From Eledone cirrhosa (Eukaryota): a stretch of 64,000 nt of DNA. A program made the position numbers and the translations under genes. Positions 50,190-61,700 of the stretch are shown here, piece by piece; position 1 is the stretch's first letter, and every line of letters begins with the position of its first letter. The DNA lies in contig OZ024740.1 of the NCBI GenBank assembly GCA_964016885.1, forward strand, positions 428,916,001-428,980,000, read 5' to 3'. Below the pieces are notes generated by a model. It saw only the letters and a program-made list of their open reading frames with translations. It was not told the DNA's origin and did no database searches.

Positions 50190-52025
50190 ATGGCGGAAAA
50201 GATGGCAGACATGTCTGCCATTAACTCTGCCACGCCCCCCAAGTCTGAAGAACAAAAAATAATTACAACAAAATTAGACATTGAAACAAACAAACAAAAT
50301 GAAAAAACAAATGTTAAGGAAAATGAGCAAACAGAAAACAAACAAACAGAAAATAATACAAATAACGACAGGGCAACTTTCGCCCAGAAAACAAAGCAAT
50401 CCATTACATACACACCAATTGACCTAACTGCCGCCAGAGAAAAACTGGCCGAAGCAAAGAAACATATTGTTTTGGGAGAGAACGGAATGTTTTCCATTAA
50501 CTCCCCCCCAGGATTCAAGAAAGCCAGAGAAGAAAACACAGTTATATACAGAACTATACTAAACCAGTCAAGAAAGCCAGCACAGCCCAGCCAAATGGAA
50601 ATAGAGTTAGTCCTAAAAGACTATATGAAGAATATTCTCTTCATACGAAAGGACCGACTCTATGGCAGCATTTCGGTCCTAACAAGAGACAAAGAAACGG
50701 CGGTTCAGCTTTCCCTAAGCCCACTCTCGTCGACAACATATAGCTTCTATCCCTCCTACATGGGTAGAAGAACACAGAGGGTAAAAGTAAAAACAATGCT
50801 GCCCACAATGGACTTCTGGTGGGCTATTGCTGGCTTCATTGATATGGGCGAAGACACTATGCTGTCAATGGGGAAGGCAACTGGAGATGCGTTCCTGGGA
50901 ATGGGCCTCGACATACTAGTCCAAATGAGGCCCGAAAGAATAGCACAAATCCCGGATCGCATCTGGCTGGATGACCTTACCCCAATAGACATAATTGTAG
51001 AGGGGAGAAGACCAGCATGCTATTTATGCATGGAAAGGGGACACGTTAAGGCTAACTGCCCGAAACGTATCCCCCAAAAAGGACTATTGCCCACACCCAC
51101 CACAAACAGTACACCAGCACCACCCACCTCCAAAAATACACTAATACCACACACAGCAAACAAAATACAGACACCACCAACCACAAACACAACACAAACA
51201 TCACCACCACCAGCACCAAACACAAGCACGACACAAAAATCACCACCACCAACCACAACACAAACATCACCACCACCATTACCAACCACAAGCACGACAC
51301 AAACATTACCACCACCACCACCACAAAACCCATTCCAAACAAATAATAAAAAAAACAGTAACAAATCTACCCCTCCCGCAAAAAAAAAACAACCACACAA
51401 CACGTCCCTCCCACCTAGCGCTGAAGAGTTTCCCCCAACTTCTGAAGAAGAAGGAGGAGAAGCCTTCAGACAAGTTAAAAGAAAAAAAAGAAAACACACA
51501 CCCAGCACACCACAAATAACCCACACACAAACACCAACTCCAATCAAAAACACCCCACCCTCAACAAACAAAAATAAATCTGCGCCTCCCCTCTCCGAAA
51601 CATTGACAGCATCACAAAAAAAGACGTTGCAATACACATATATAAATAAAGAAAACAAAAAACTGGTTAAATTAATAAACAATAACCCTATGGTGCAGAC
51701 CGAAGGGCCAAACTTTATCTCAACAGAGAACTTCACCCATTTAAAAATGATAAAGGTCCCTCTGGACCTTTATCGTTCCTTAAAAGAACAATTTAGACGG
51801 GACGTGAGCCCCCCCTGTTTAAAACCGTTGAATCGCGTCCTCTTGAAAGATTTCCCCATAACCGCCCCTCTCCCTGACACAACTCCAAATACCCCAACCC
51901 CACCACACACGTGTACCCCCACACCACCACAAAACATCCCTCCACCCAACACACCTGATGCCATGGAAATTACGCAACCCGGAGAGGTAAGTGCTTTTCT
52001 TTCTTCACTTTCAACACCAAAATAG
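50190..52025 (+). CDS. LINE ORF1 protein with CCHC zinc knuckle and Pro/Thr-rich C-terminal half
   Basis: ATG at 50190 in strong context (AGCATGG); EGRRPACYLCMERGHVKANCP; basic KRKKRK patch. Confidence 0.85.
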   Translation: MAEKMADMSAINSATPPKSEEQKIITTKLDIETNKQNEKTNVKENEQTENKQTENNTNNDRATFAQKTKQSITYTPIDLTAAREKLAEAKKHIVLGENGMFSINSPPGFKKAREENTVIYRTILNQSRKPAQPSQMEIELVLKDYMKNILFIRKDRLYGSISVLTRDKETAVQLSLSPLSSTTYSFYPSYMGRRTQRVKVKTMLPTMDFWWAIAGFIDMGEDTMLSMGKATGDAFLGMGLDILVQMRPERIAQIPDRIWLDDLTPIDIIVEGRRPACYLCMERGHVKANCPKRIPQKGLLPTPTTNSTPAPPTSKNTLIPHTANKIQTPPTTNTTQTSPPPAPNTSTTQKSPPPTTTQTSPPPLPTTSTTQTLPPPPPQNPFQTNNKKNSNKSTPPAKKKQPHNTSLPPSAEEFPPTSEEEGGEAFRQVKRKKRKHTPSTPQITHTQTPTPIKNTPPSTNKNKSAPPLSETLTASQKKTLQYTYINKENKKLVKLINNNPMVQTEGPNFISTENFTHLKMIKVPLDLYRSLKEQFRRDVSPPCLKPLNRVLLKDFPITAPLPDTTPNTPTPPHTCTPTPPQNIPPPNTPDAMEITQPGEVSAFLSSLSTPK

Positions 52026-52030
52026 ATCAA

Positions 52031-55000
52031 TTGAGAGTTGGCTGTTTGAACGCGCGTGGCCTGAGCTCAGCTTGGAAGCAAGCAAAGCTTCTAAGTGACC
52101 TCAGGTCACAAAGTATAGATGTGATGGTTGTTTGCGAGAGTCGGATCAGCAGCGTGAGACAGCTGGCGCCCGCCTTCGATGACTTTGAGATGCACGCATC
52201 TCTCTGTCAACCCGGAGGCGGGGGGGGAGTTGCCGTACTGCTGGATAAACGTCTAACTCTCGACGTACAGATTGTTCACTCGGACCCGGGGGGTCGATTA
52301 CTGGTGCTGGACGTCGGAGGTGGTGAAGGCGGGGCTTTCAGACTGGTCGGTCTTTATGCTCCCTTCGGGGCGGAGAGAGCCGACTTCTTCCAACGTCTGG
52401 AGACTTTTCTAGGAACGTCGCGTTCCCTGCTTTTAGTGGGGGACTGGAATGGAATCCTAGATGCGCGTTGGGACTATGCAGGGGCATGTCCCGATAGAGG
52501 GGGGTGTAGCAGCCTCAAGGGGTTACTCGATCGATTCGACCTGGTCGATAGATTTCGACTAGATTGTCCAACTGCGCCAACCTGGACCTGGGCAAACCGC
52601 AGTGGACAATCTAGATCGTACCTAGATAGGTTTTTGGTAAGTAAGGATAGGGACGTATTTAGTTGTCCAGAACTGATCATGGTTGGCTATTCAGATCACA
52701 AATTAGTGACCTGCGTGGTCAACCTTGATAGAACGCATAGACAGGGTCCCGGTTACTGGAAGATGAACTTGTCCTTACCGACAAAGAAAGATTACAGAAA
52801 CCGGATTAGTAGCTTAGTTAAGATGCGGTTGACGGGAGCGATCGTCAACAGTAGGTGGTGGATATCTCTAAAGAGAGAGATTAGAGTAAGTTCGATAGGT
52901 TACAGTAAGGAACTAGCGGCGAATAGAAATAGGAGGGAAAGGGAGTTAACAGATAAACTAGAAGAGGCGATTAGGAGCGGAGACGTAGCCAGAGTGTTAG
53001 CGACGAGAACGGCATTGAGCCAGTTCTTTGACACGAAGCACGAAGGCTGCGTTGTCCGAAGTAAAATACGTGCTTTAGGAAACGAGGGGACCAAAGCTGT
53101 TAGCTGGGCCCGCGTGACAGAAGCCAAGAGTGGGATTAAATCCACCATTCGGTCTTTGCGAGACCAGGATGGACGGGTGATCCTTGAACCTGAGCGAATG
53201 TGCGAGACCTTTCAAAGGCACTTTGCTCGACTGTTCGGAGGTGGCGGGGGGCCGGACGGGGATGTGGACTTCGGTCCATACCTCGACGGTCTACCGCGTC
53301 TTTCGAGCGGCGAAGCGGAGTGCTGCGAAGGGCCAATCACAGCCACTGAAATCGGGGAAGCGCTCAGCCAATGCAGCAGACGCAAATCCCCGGGTCTCGA
53401 TGGTCTACCATACGAACTTTATTTAGCTATGCCGGTCTTGTTCTCCGAACTCCTCGAGGCTGTCTATTGCAACTGGCAACAGAACGGGAGAATTCCCTGT
53501 TCTGTGACCAAGGGCGTGGTCACGCTAGTGAGGAAGGACGAGAGCAAGGGGGACGACTTAAGTAACTTTAGGCCCATAACTCTGCTGAATGCAGAGTTAC
53601 AGATTTTGGCCAAGGTGTTGGCGAAGAGGTTGGCGCTTGTGGTGGGTGGTTTGGTGGGAGACGCGCAGACATGCGCTATCCCGTCCAGGTCCATTCACGA
53701 CAACCTCCACCTCATGCGATACATCATAGAGAGGGTTGGCTACGAACCCGGCTTTGGTGGGGCCCTGATCAACTTGGATCAATCTAAGGCGTTCGATAGG
53801 GTCGACCATGGTTACCTGGATGCGGTGCTAGCGGCGGCGGGCTTCGGACCCGTTTTCAGGGGCTGGATTTCTGCCATGCACAGTGGCAACATCTACTCTA
53901 GGATTAAAGTAAACGGCTACCTCTCGGAGCCGTTTCAAATCACCCGATCCATCAGACAGGGGTGCCCCCTCTCCTCCCTTCTGTACGTATTGACTCTCGA
54001 GCCACTGCTGCGGAAGTTGGAGTTGCTGCGGGGCATACCCCTGGAACCGGGATTGCACAAAGCGGTCTCGGCCTATGCCGACGACGTAACAGTAATGGTG
54101 GCGGACGCCTCGGAAATCGGGGCGATCGCCACCCTACTGGAGGAATACGAAAGGCTGACGGGGGCTAAGCTGAACCAGGACAAGTCAGTCGGTTTGCAAC
54201 TCGGAACGTGGAGGGGCAAACCGATGCCGTTAGACGGTGTCGTCGGGCGGTGGACGGAGGGCCCGGTGAAGCTGCTCGGGGTCTGGTTCGGACCGGACCT
54301 CCAGGTGGAGAAGAATTGGGGCGAGGTGACGAGCAGGGTGTTTGCGCTGACCCAGAAGTGGGCCAAGTGCAAACTATCACTGAAAGGTCGGGCGGAGGTG
54401 ACGAACGCTTACATAGCGTCCGTCATCTACTACCGCCTGACCGTCGTGCCTTGCCCCAAGGAAAAGCTCACCATCATGGAACGCATGCTCTTCCAGTTCC
54501 TCTGGAAGAAGCGGCCTCCCATGGTGAGGAGATCCATCTGCTGCCAGCACCCTTCGAAAGGAGGGCTGGGTATGCCGTGGCTGTTGATGCGTAGGCACGC
54601 ATTGAGGCTACGGCATCTACAGGTATTCCACAACGGTCAGCCGGTGTGGGCCCCGTTTGTGAGGCGAGCCTTCCCACAGCTCGTCTCGCTCACCGAACTG
54701 CAATCCTGGGTGAAGCAAAGACCGAGAAAACTGGGCAACTGGCACACTGAGTGTGCCCAGGCGCTCACGGCTATCTGGCAAGCGGACCCGACTGTCAGTG
54801 GAGAATCCACCTCAACATTCTATAGAGGGTTGGTGGCTAGCAGGGGCGACGACACCCTTGGAGAGTCGCTAGGCATGGAGGAGGACGAACTGGCCAGCCT
54901 GTTCGGTAGAACTTTCGGCCCGGGACCCATGGACAACTTCCAGAGGTCCCTAGCCTGGCAGTGTTACCGGGGGGCTCTGCCCGTTCGAGAAAAGCTCTAC

Positions 55001-55456
55001 AGACACGGGCGCCCGGGCAGGGATCCCGCGAAAAAGATCTGTCCCAGATGCGTGCGCGACGAGGAAACCGTTGCGCATGCACTGGTACACTGCCCGGGCG
55101 TTGCCGATCTGTGGGGCTACGTCGAACGACTGCTGTCGCGTGTGGCGCCGATTCGATTAACCGCCGAGTCTGTGGTGAACATCAAGCCGCCTCCTCCCTT
55201 CAGAAATGAAGCAGAGGCGGTCTTTCTGTGCGTAATAGCCATGATGAAAGAGGTTGTGTGGTGGACGCGCCTGAAAGGTCTGAGGTCGGGTGACTTTCTC
55301 TCCGGCCATCACCTGGTTTACTTCTTCCGATACCACTTCGGAAGAAGAATCAGGATGGAGAGAGAAGTGCTTGGTCCCAGACAGTTTTATGAAAGGTGGG
55401 TGAAAGAAGCGAGAATGGCCCGTGTAAATGGGCCTTCTCTCTACATTGTTCTGTAG
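52031..55456 (+). CDS. LINE ORF2: APE endonuclease, reverse transcriptase, C-terminal CCHC; uninterrupted but no AUG at its start
   Basis: CLNARGL, VCESR, LYAP, GDWN, LDRFL, SDH; PGLDG, FRPITLLN, DQSKAFD, RQGCPLS, YADD; CPRC...HALVHC. Confidence 0.93.
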   Translation: MRVGCLNARGLSSAWKQAKLLSDLRSQSIDVMVVCESRISSVRQLAPAFDDFEMHASLCQPGGGGGVAVLLDKRLTLDVQIVHSDPGGRLLVLDVGGGEGGAFRLVGLYAPFGAERADFFQRLETFLGTSRSLLLVGDWNGILDARWDYAGACPDRGGCSSLKGLLDRFDLVDRFRLDCPTAPTWTWANRSGQSRSYLDRFLVSKDRDVFSCPELIMVGYSDHKLVTCVVNLDRTHRQGPGYWKMNLSLPTKKDYRNRISSLVKMRLTGAIVNSRWWISLKREIRVSSIGYSKELAANRNRRERELTDKLEEAIRSGDVARVLATRTALSQFFDTKHEGCVVRSKIRALGNEGTKAVSWARVTEAKSGIKSTIRSLRDQDGRVILEPERMCETFQRHFARLFGGGGGPDGDVDFGPYLDGLPRLSSGEAECCEGPITATEIGEALSQCSRRKSPGLDGLPYELYLAMPVLFSELLEAVYCNWQQNGRIPCSVTKGVVTLVRKDESKGDDLSNFRPITLLNAELQILAKVLAKRLALVVGGLVGDAQTCAIPSRSIHDNLHLMRYIIERVGYEPGFGGALINLDQSKAFDRVDHGYLDAVLAAAGFGPVFRGWISAMHSGNIYSRIKVNGYLSEPFQITRSIRQGCPLSSLLYVLTLEPLLRKLELLRGIPLEPGLHKAVSAYADDVTVMVADASEIGAIATLLEEYERLTGAKLNQDKSVGLQLGTWRGKPMPLDGVVGRWTEGPVKLLGVWFGPDLQVEKNWGEVTSRVFALTQKWAKCKLSLKGRAEVTNAYIASVIYYRLTVVPCPKEKLTIMERMLFQFLWKKRPPMVRRSICCQHPSKGGLGMPWLLMRRHALRLRHLQVFHNGQPVWAPFVRRAFPQLVSLTELQSWVKQRPRKLGNWHTECAQALTAIWQADPTVSGESTSTFYRGLVASRGDDTLGESLGMEEDELASLFGRTFGPGPMDNFQRSLAWQCYRGALPVREKLYRHGRPGRDPAKKICPRCVRDEETVAHALVHCPGVADLWGYVERLLSRVAPIRLTAESVVNIKPPPPFRNEAEAVFLCVIAMMKEVVWWTRLKGLRSGDFLSGHHLVYFFRYHFGRRIRMEREVLGPRQFYERWVKEARMARVNGPSLYIVL

Positions 55457-55859
55457 GTGAAGAAGTGAAGAGGAAAGGGGGAGCGCCTCCTCTCTGGGCT
55501 TCCCCCGCGAAAAGAGTTGCACACTTTTCGGGGGTATGTGCAATCCCCAACACGCCCCCTCCCTTTTGAGGACTTTTTATTGTTATATTATTATTGTTAT
55601 TCCTTTTTTCTTTACTCGATTTATGTAAACTCCCCCACTGTGTAAATGTCCCCTTCTTTTGTGCCCTCGTGGCAAATAAATAGAAATTTATCTATCTAGC
55701 TAGCTATCTTTCAAAGATCTATCTTTCATTCTCCCTTTCAGAAATACATTAACCAATGTGAGGGGTTGGGGAAGATGGTAAGATGGGGTTTGAGGAAGAT
55801 TTGGATGTTTTTTCTAGCAGCTTGACTGATTAGGAAGAGGCACATTAGCTGGCTCATAG

Positions 55860-56328
55860 TTGTGTATCTGTGCCGCCTGCACAATTTATCATGTTGATGT
55901 TTGTGTATGGGGTTGTGCGTGTGTGGTGGGCGTGCATGTGTGCATTTGTGTATATGTCTGTGTGCGTGCGATCTCAATGTGTGTGTTTGTGTGTGTGCGT
56001 AGGTGGGTGTGCATGTGTGAATGTGTGTATGTGTGTGTGTGCGATCTGAATGTGTGTGTGTGTGTGTTTCTGTGTTTGTGTCTGTGCACGTGTATGGGTT
56101 CGTGTGCGTGTGGGTTTGTGTCTGTGCATGTGCATGTGATTGTGTGTGTCTGTACATATGCATGTGGGTTTGTGTCTGTGTGTGTATGTGTGTGTGTATG
56201 TATGTGTGTGTGTATGTATGTGTGCGTGGGTTTGTGTCTGTGTGTGTGTGTGTGTATTTTGCACTCCCACCAGAAGAAAACTAATATTATAAATGCCGTT
56301 TGGTGGTGGTGGTGGTGGTGGTTTTAGT

Positions 56329-56365
<37 letters not shown>

Positions 56366-56625
56366 CAGTGGTAGTAGTAGTGGTGGTGGTAGTGGTGGTG
56401 GTGGTGGTGGTGGTGGTGGTTTTAGTGTAGTAGTAGTAGTAGTAGTGGTGGTGGTGGTGGTGGTGGTGGTGGTGGTGGTGGTGGTGGTTTTAGTGTAGTA
56501 GTAGTAGTAGTATTACTAGTAGTAGTGGTGGTGGTGGTGGTGGTAGAAGTAGTGCTAGTAATGGTAGTAGTGATAGTAGTACTAGTAGTAGTGATGGTGG
56601 TAGTAGTAGTAGTAGTAGTAGTAGC

Positions 56626-56666
<41 letters not shown>
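55860..56666. repeat. (TG)n-like tract followed by (GGT)n/(GTA)n
   Basis: Direct reading. Confidence 0.9.
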
Positions 56667-57015
56667 ACAAACAGACGCGGGAAAATACCTCATGCACCAT
56701 TTCTCATTGGGATTTTTTTTTCTAGACACATTTTTATTTTATAACTTTCTCGCCATTTTCCCAGTAATTACCCAGGTTTTTTTTTTGGGGGGGGGGGGTT
56801 TGTCTTTCGTTTCTTTTTGTTTGTTTTCTGTCATTAGCTCACTTTTTCTTAATCTTTTATTTATTTTGTAGATTTTTCTTTTGGGAAATTCATGAAATAT
56901 CTTATTTATTTATTTATTTATTTATTTGTTTGTGGAGAGAAATAGAAAGAATTATGACGTTATCTTCTTGGAGAGAGAAGAAGGCAGAACCATCATACCT
57001 CTCTTTAGCAGAGAT

Positions 57016-57990
57016 TGGAGAGAGAAGACGGTAGAACCGTATTACCTCCCTTTGGCAGAGGTATCACTCTCTTGGAGAGAGAAGGTAGAACCGTCTTACC
57101 TCCCTTTGGCAGAGGTATCACTCTCTTGAAGAGAGAAGGTAGAACCGTATTACCTCCCTTTGGCACAGGTATCACTCTCTTGGAGAGAGAAGGTAGAACC
57201 GTATTACCTCCCTTTGGCAGAGGTATCACTCTCTTGGAGAGAGAAGGTAGAACCGTATTACCTCCCTTTGGCAGAGGTATCACTCTCCTGAAGAGAGAAG
57301 GTAGAACCGTATTACCTCCCTTTGGCACAGGTATCACTCTCTTGGAGAGAGAAGGTAGAACCGTATTACCTCCCTTTGGCAGAGGTATCACTCTCTTGGA
57401 GAGAGAAGGTAGAACCGTATTACCTCCCTTTGGCAGAGGTACCACTCTCTTGGAGAGAGAAGGTAGAACCGTATTACCTCCCTTTGGCACAGGTATCACT
57501 CTCTTGGAGAGAGAAGGTAGAACCGTATTACCTCCCTTTGGCAGAGGTATCACCCTCTTAGAGAAGAAGGTAGGACCGTATTACCTCCCTTTGGCAGAGG
57601 TATCACTCTCTTGGAGAGAGAAGACGGTAGAACCGTATTACCTCCCTTTGGCAGAGGTATCACTCTCTTGGAGAGAGAAGGTAGGACCGTATTACCTCCC
57701 TTTGGCAGAGGTATCACTCTCTTGGAGAGGGAAGGTAGGACCGTATTACCTCCCTTTGGCAGAAGTATCACTCTCTTGGAGAGAGAAGGTAGGACCGTAT
57801 TACCTCCCTTTGGCAGAGGTATCACTCTCTTGGAGAGAGAAGGTAGGACCGTATTACCTCCCTTTGGCAGAGGTATCACCTTCTTAGCGAGAGAAGGTGG
57901 GACCGTATTACCTCCCTTTGGTAGAGGTATCACTCTCTTGGAGAGAGAAGGTAGAACCGTATTACCTCCCTTTGGCAGAGGTATCATCCT
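57016..57990. repeat. 54-bp minisatellite (~18 units), GGAGAGAGAAGGTAGAACCGTATTACCTCCCTTTGGCAGAGGTATCACTCTCTT
   Basis: Unit read directly; 18-aa periodic ORFs. Confidence 0.95.
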
Positions 57991-58724
57991 CTTTGCTCGG
58001 ATTCGATCAAGAACATGCAGAATTTCCCTTCTAAGTCAACTGGCCTTTACTTACTTATTTCTCTGCGTACGCACGTGCCTATATGAGTGTGTGTATGTGT
58101 GTATGGATATGTGTGTGTGTGTGTGTATGAGTGTGTGCATGTTGTGTATGTGTGTGTGTATGTATATGTATTTGTGTGTGTGTGTGTAATTGAAATAAAA
58201 CGAGGGATATTTTGTGTGTATATTATGTGTATTTGTGTGTGTATAGATATAGTTTGGCAGTTTATATCTGTGTGGATGTGTGTATATCAATATGCGTGTG
58301 AGTGTGTGTGTGAGTGTACGAGTCTATGTGTGTGTGTGTGTATTATTGTGTCTTTCTATTTTCTAAAGTTTTGTTATTTTGCAGGATTTTTTAAATATAT
58401 TTTTATTTATATTTTATGTTTTGCTACAGAAATTCTAGGTTTTTTACGTGTTATTGTTTGTCTTTATATTTTATTGTCTTCATTCCCATTCTTTAGCAGG
58501 TGATAATATTTAAATCTCTTTTTGCATGATGTATGGAGAAAAAGAAAAATAATACATAAAATTCATTACAAATATAAACACTGTAAACTATTTTTATTTT
58601 TATTATTATTTTTGATATTTTTATTATTATTTATAATTTTTTCTTTCATTTGTTCTTTTGGTCATTTGCTATTCATATTAATCTTTTATTTCTTCAGTTG
58701 CTTATTGATATTACGTCGAGTTTT

Positions 58725-61700
58725 CACTATAAAACTGAGCTCAGATAGTGAAGAGTGTTGTTGTTGATATTGTGTTTTTACTATACAACTGAGCTCAGAT
58801 AGTGAAGAGTGTTGTTGTTGATATTGTGTTTTTACTATTCAACTCAGCTCAGGTAGTGAAGAGTGTTGTTGTTGATATTGTGTTTTTACTATAAAACTGA
58901 GCTCAGATAGTGAAGAGTGTTGTTGTTGATATTGTGTTTTTACTATAAAACTGAGCTCAGATAGTGAAGAGTGTTGTTGTTGATATTGTGTTTTTACTAT
59001 ACAATTGAGCTCAGATAGTGAAGAGTGTTGTTGTTGATATTGTGTTTTTACTATACAACTGAGCTCAGATAGTGAAGAGTGTTGTTGTTGATATTGTGTT
59101 TTTACTATACAACTCAGCTCAGATAGTGAAGAGTGTTGTTGTTGATATTGTGTTTTTACTATACAACTCAGCTCAGATATTGATGAGTGTTGTTGTTGAT
59201 ATTGTGTTTTTACTATACAACTGAGCTCAGATAGTGAAGAGTGTTGTTGTTGATATTGTGTTTTTACTATACAACTCAGCTCAGATATTGATGAGTGTTG
59301 TTGTTGATATTGTGTTTTTACTATACAACTGAGCTCAGATAGTGAAGAGTGTTGTTGTTGATATTGTGTTTTTACTATACAACTCAGCTCAGATATTGAT
59401 GAGTGTTGTTGTTGATATTGTGTTTTTACTATACAACTGAGCTCAGATAGTGAAGAGTTTTGTTGTTGATATTGTGTTTTTACTATAGAACGCAGCTCAG
59501 ATAGTGAAGAGTGTTGTTGTTGATATTGTGTTTTTACTATACAACTCAGCTCAGGTAGTGAAGAGTGTTGTTGTTGATATTGTGTTTTTACTATTCAACT
59601 CAGCTCAGGTAGTGAAGAGTGTTGTTGTTGATATTGTGTTTTTACTATACAACTGAGCTCAGATAGTGAAGAGTTTTGTTGTTGATATTGTGTTTTTACT
59701 ATACAACGCAGCTCAGATAGTGAAGAGTGTTGTTGTTGATATTGTGTTTTTACTATACAACTGAGCTCAGATAGTGAAGAGTGTTGTTGTTGTTATTGTG
59801 TTTTTACTATTCAACTCAGCTCAGGTAGTGAAGAGTGTTGTTGTTGATATTGTGTTTTTACTATACAACTGAGCTCAGATAGTGAAGAGTGTTGTTGTTG
59901 ATATTGTGTTTTTACTATTCAACTCAGCTCAGATAGTGAAGAGTGTTGTTGTTGATATTGTATTTTTACTATACAACTGAGCTCAGATAGTGAAGAGTGT
60001 TGTTGTTGATATTGTGTTTTTACTATACAACTGAGCTCAGATAGTGAAGAGTGTTGTTGTTGATATTGTGTTTTTACTATAAAACTGAGCTCAGATAGTG
60101 AAGAGTGTTGTTGTTGATATTGTGTTTTTACTATACAACTGAGCTCAGATATTGATGAGTGTTGTTGTTGATATTGTGTTTTTACTATACGATTGAGCTC
60201 AGATAGTGAAGAGTTTTGTTGTTGATATTGTGTTTTTACTATACAACTCAGCTCAGATATTGAAGAGTGTTGTTCTTGATATTGTGTTTGTACTATACAA
60301 CTCAGCTCAGATAGTGAAGAGTTTTGTTGTTGATATCGTGTTTTTACTATACAATTGAGCTCAGCTAGTGAAGAGTCTTGTTGTTGATATTGTGTTTTTA
60401 CTATTCAACTCAGCTCAGATAGTGAAGAGTGTTGTTGTTGATATTGTGTTTTTACTATTCAACTCAGCTCAGGTAGTGAAGAGTGTTGTTGTTGATATTG
60501 TGTTTTTACTATTCAACTCAGCTCAGATAGTGAAGAGTGTTGTTGTTGATATTGTGTTTTTACTATACAATTGAGCTCAGATAGTGAAGAGTGTTGTTGT
60601 TGATATTGTGTTTTTACTATACAACTGAGCTCAGATAGTGAAGAGTGTTGTTGTTGATATTGTGTTTTTACTATACAACTCAGCTCAGATAGTGAAGAGT
60701 GTTGTTGTTGATATTGTGTTTTTACTATACAACTCAGCTCAGATATTGATGAGTGTTGTTGTTGATATTGTGTTTTTACTATACAACTGAGCTCAGATAG
60801 TGAAGAGTGTTGTTGTTGATATTGTGTTTTTACTATACAACTCAGCTCAGATATTGATGAGTGTTGTTGTTGATATTGTGTTTTTACTATACAACTGAGC
60901 TCAGATAGTGAAGAGTGTTGTTGTTGATATTGTGTTTTTACTATACAACTCAGCTCAGATATTGATGAGTGTTGTTGTTGATATTGTGTTTTTACTATAC
61001 AACTGAGCTCAGATAGTGAAGAGTTTTGTTGTTGATATTGTGTTTTTACTATAGAACGCAGCTCAGATAGTGAAGAGTGTTGTTGTTGATATTGTGTTTT
61101 TACTATACAACTCAGCTCAGGTAGTGAAGAGTGTTGTTGTTGATATTGTGTTTTTACTATTCAACTCAGCTCAGGTAGTGAAGAGTGTTGTTGTTGATAT
61201 TGTGTTTTTACTATACAACTGAGCTCAGATAGTGAAGAGTTTTGTTGTTGATATTGTGTTTTTACTATACAACGCAGCTCAGATAGTGAAGAGTGTTGTT
61301 GTTGATATTGTGTTTTTACTATACAACTGAGCTCAGATAGTGAAGAGTGTTGTTGTTGATATTGTGTTTTTACTATTCAACTCAGCTCAGGTAGTGAAGA
61401 GTGTTGTTGTTGATATTGTGTTTTTACTATACAACTGAGCTCAGATAGTGAAGAGTGTTGTTGTTGATATTGTGTTTTTACTATTCAACTCAGCTCAGAT
61501 AGTGAAGAGTGTTGTTGTTGATATTGTGTTTTTACTATACAACTGAGCTCAGATAGTGAAGAGTGTTGTTGTTGATATTGTGTTTTTACTATACAACTGA
61601 GCTCAGATAGTGAAGAGTGTTGTTGTTGATATTGTGTTTTTACTATAAAACTGAGCTCAGATAGTGAAGAGTGTTGTTGTTGATATTGTGTTTTTACTAT

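Larger units (their letters stand above)
49994..55690 (+). mobile_element. Apparently full-length L1/Tx1-clade LINE (copy 3); 5' boundary approximate
   Basis: 5' UTR, ORF1, ORF2, 3' UTR ending GTGGCAAATAAATAGAAA; TCTA-rich flanks. Confidence 0.92.

Noticed and set aside
49960-55725. TSD for the full-length LINE
   Set aside because: Only short CTATCTT-type matches within low-complexity TCTA flanks; boundaries cannot be fixed
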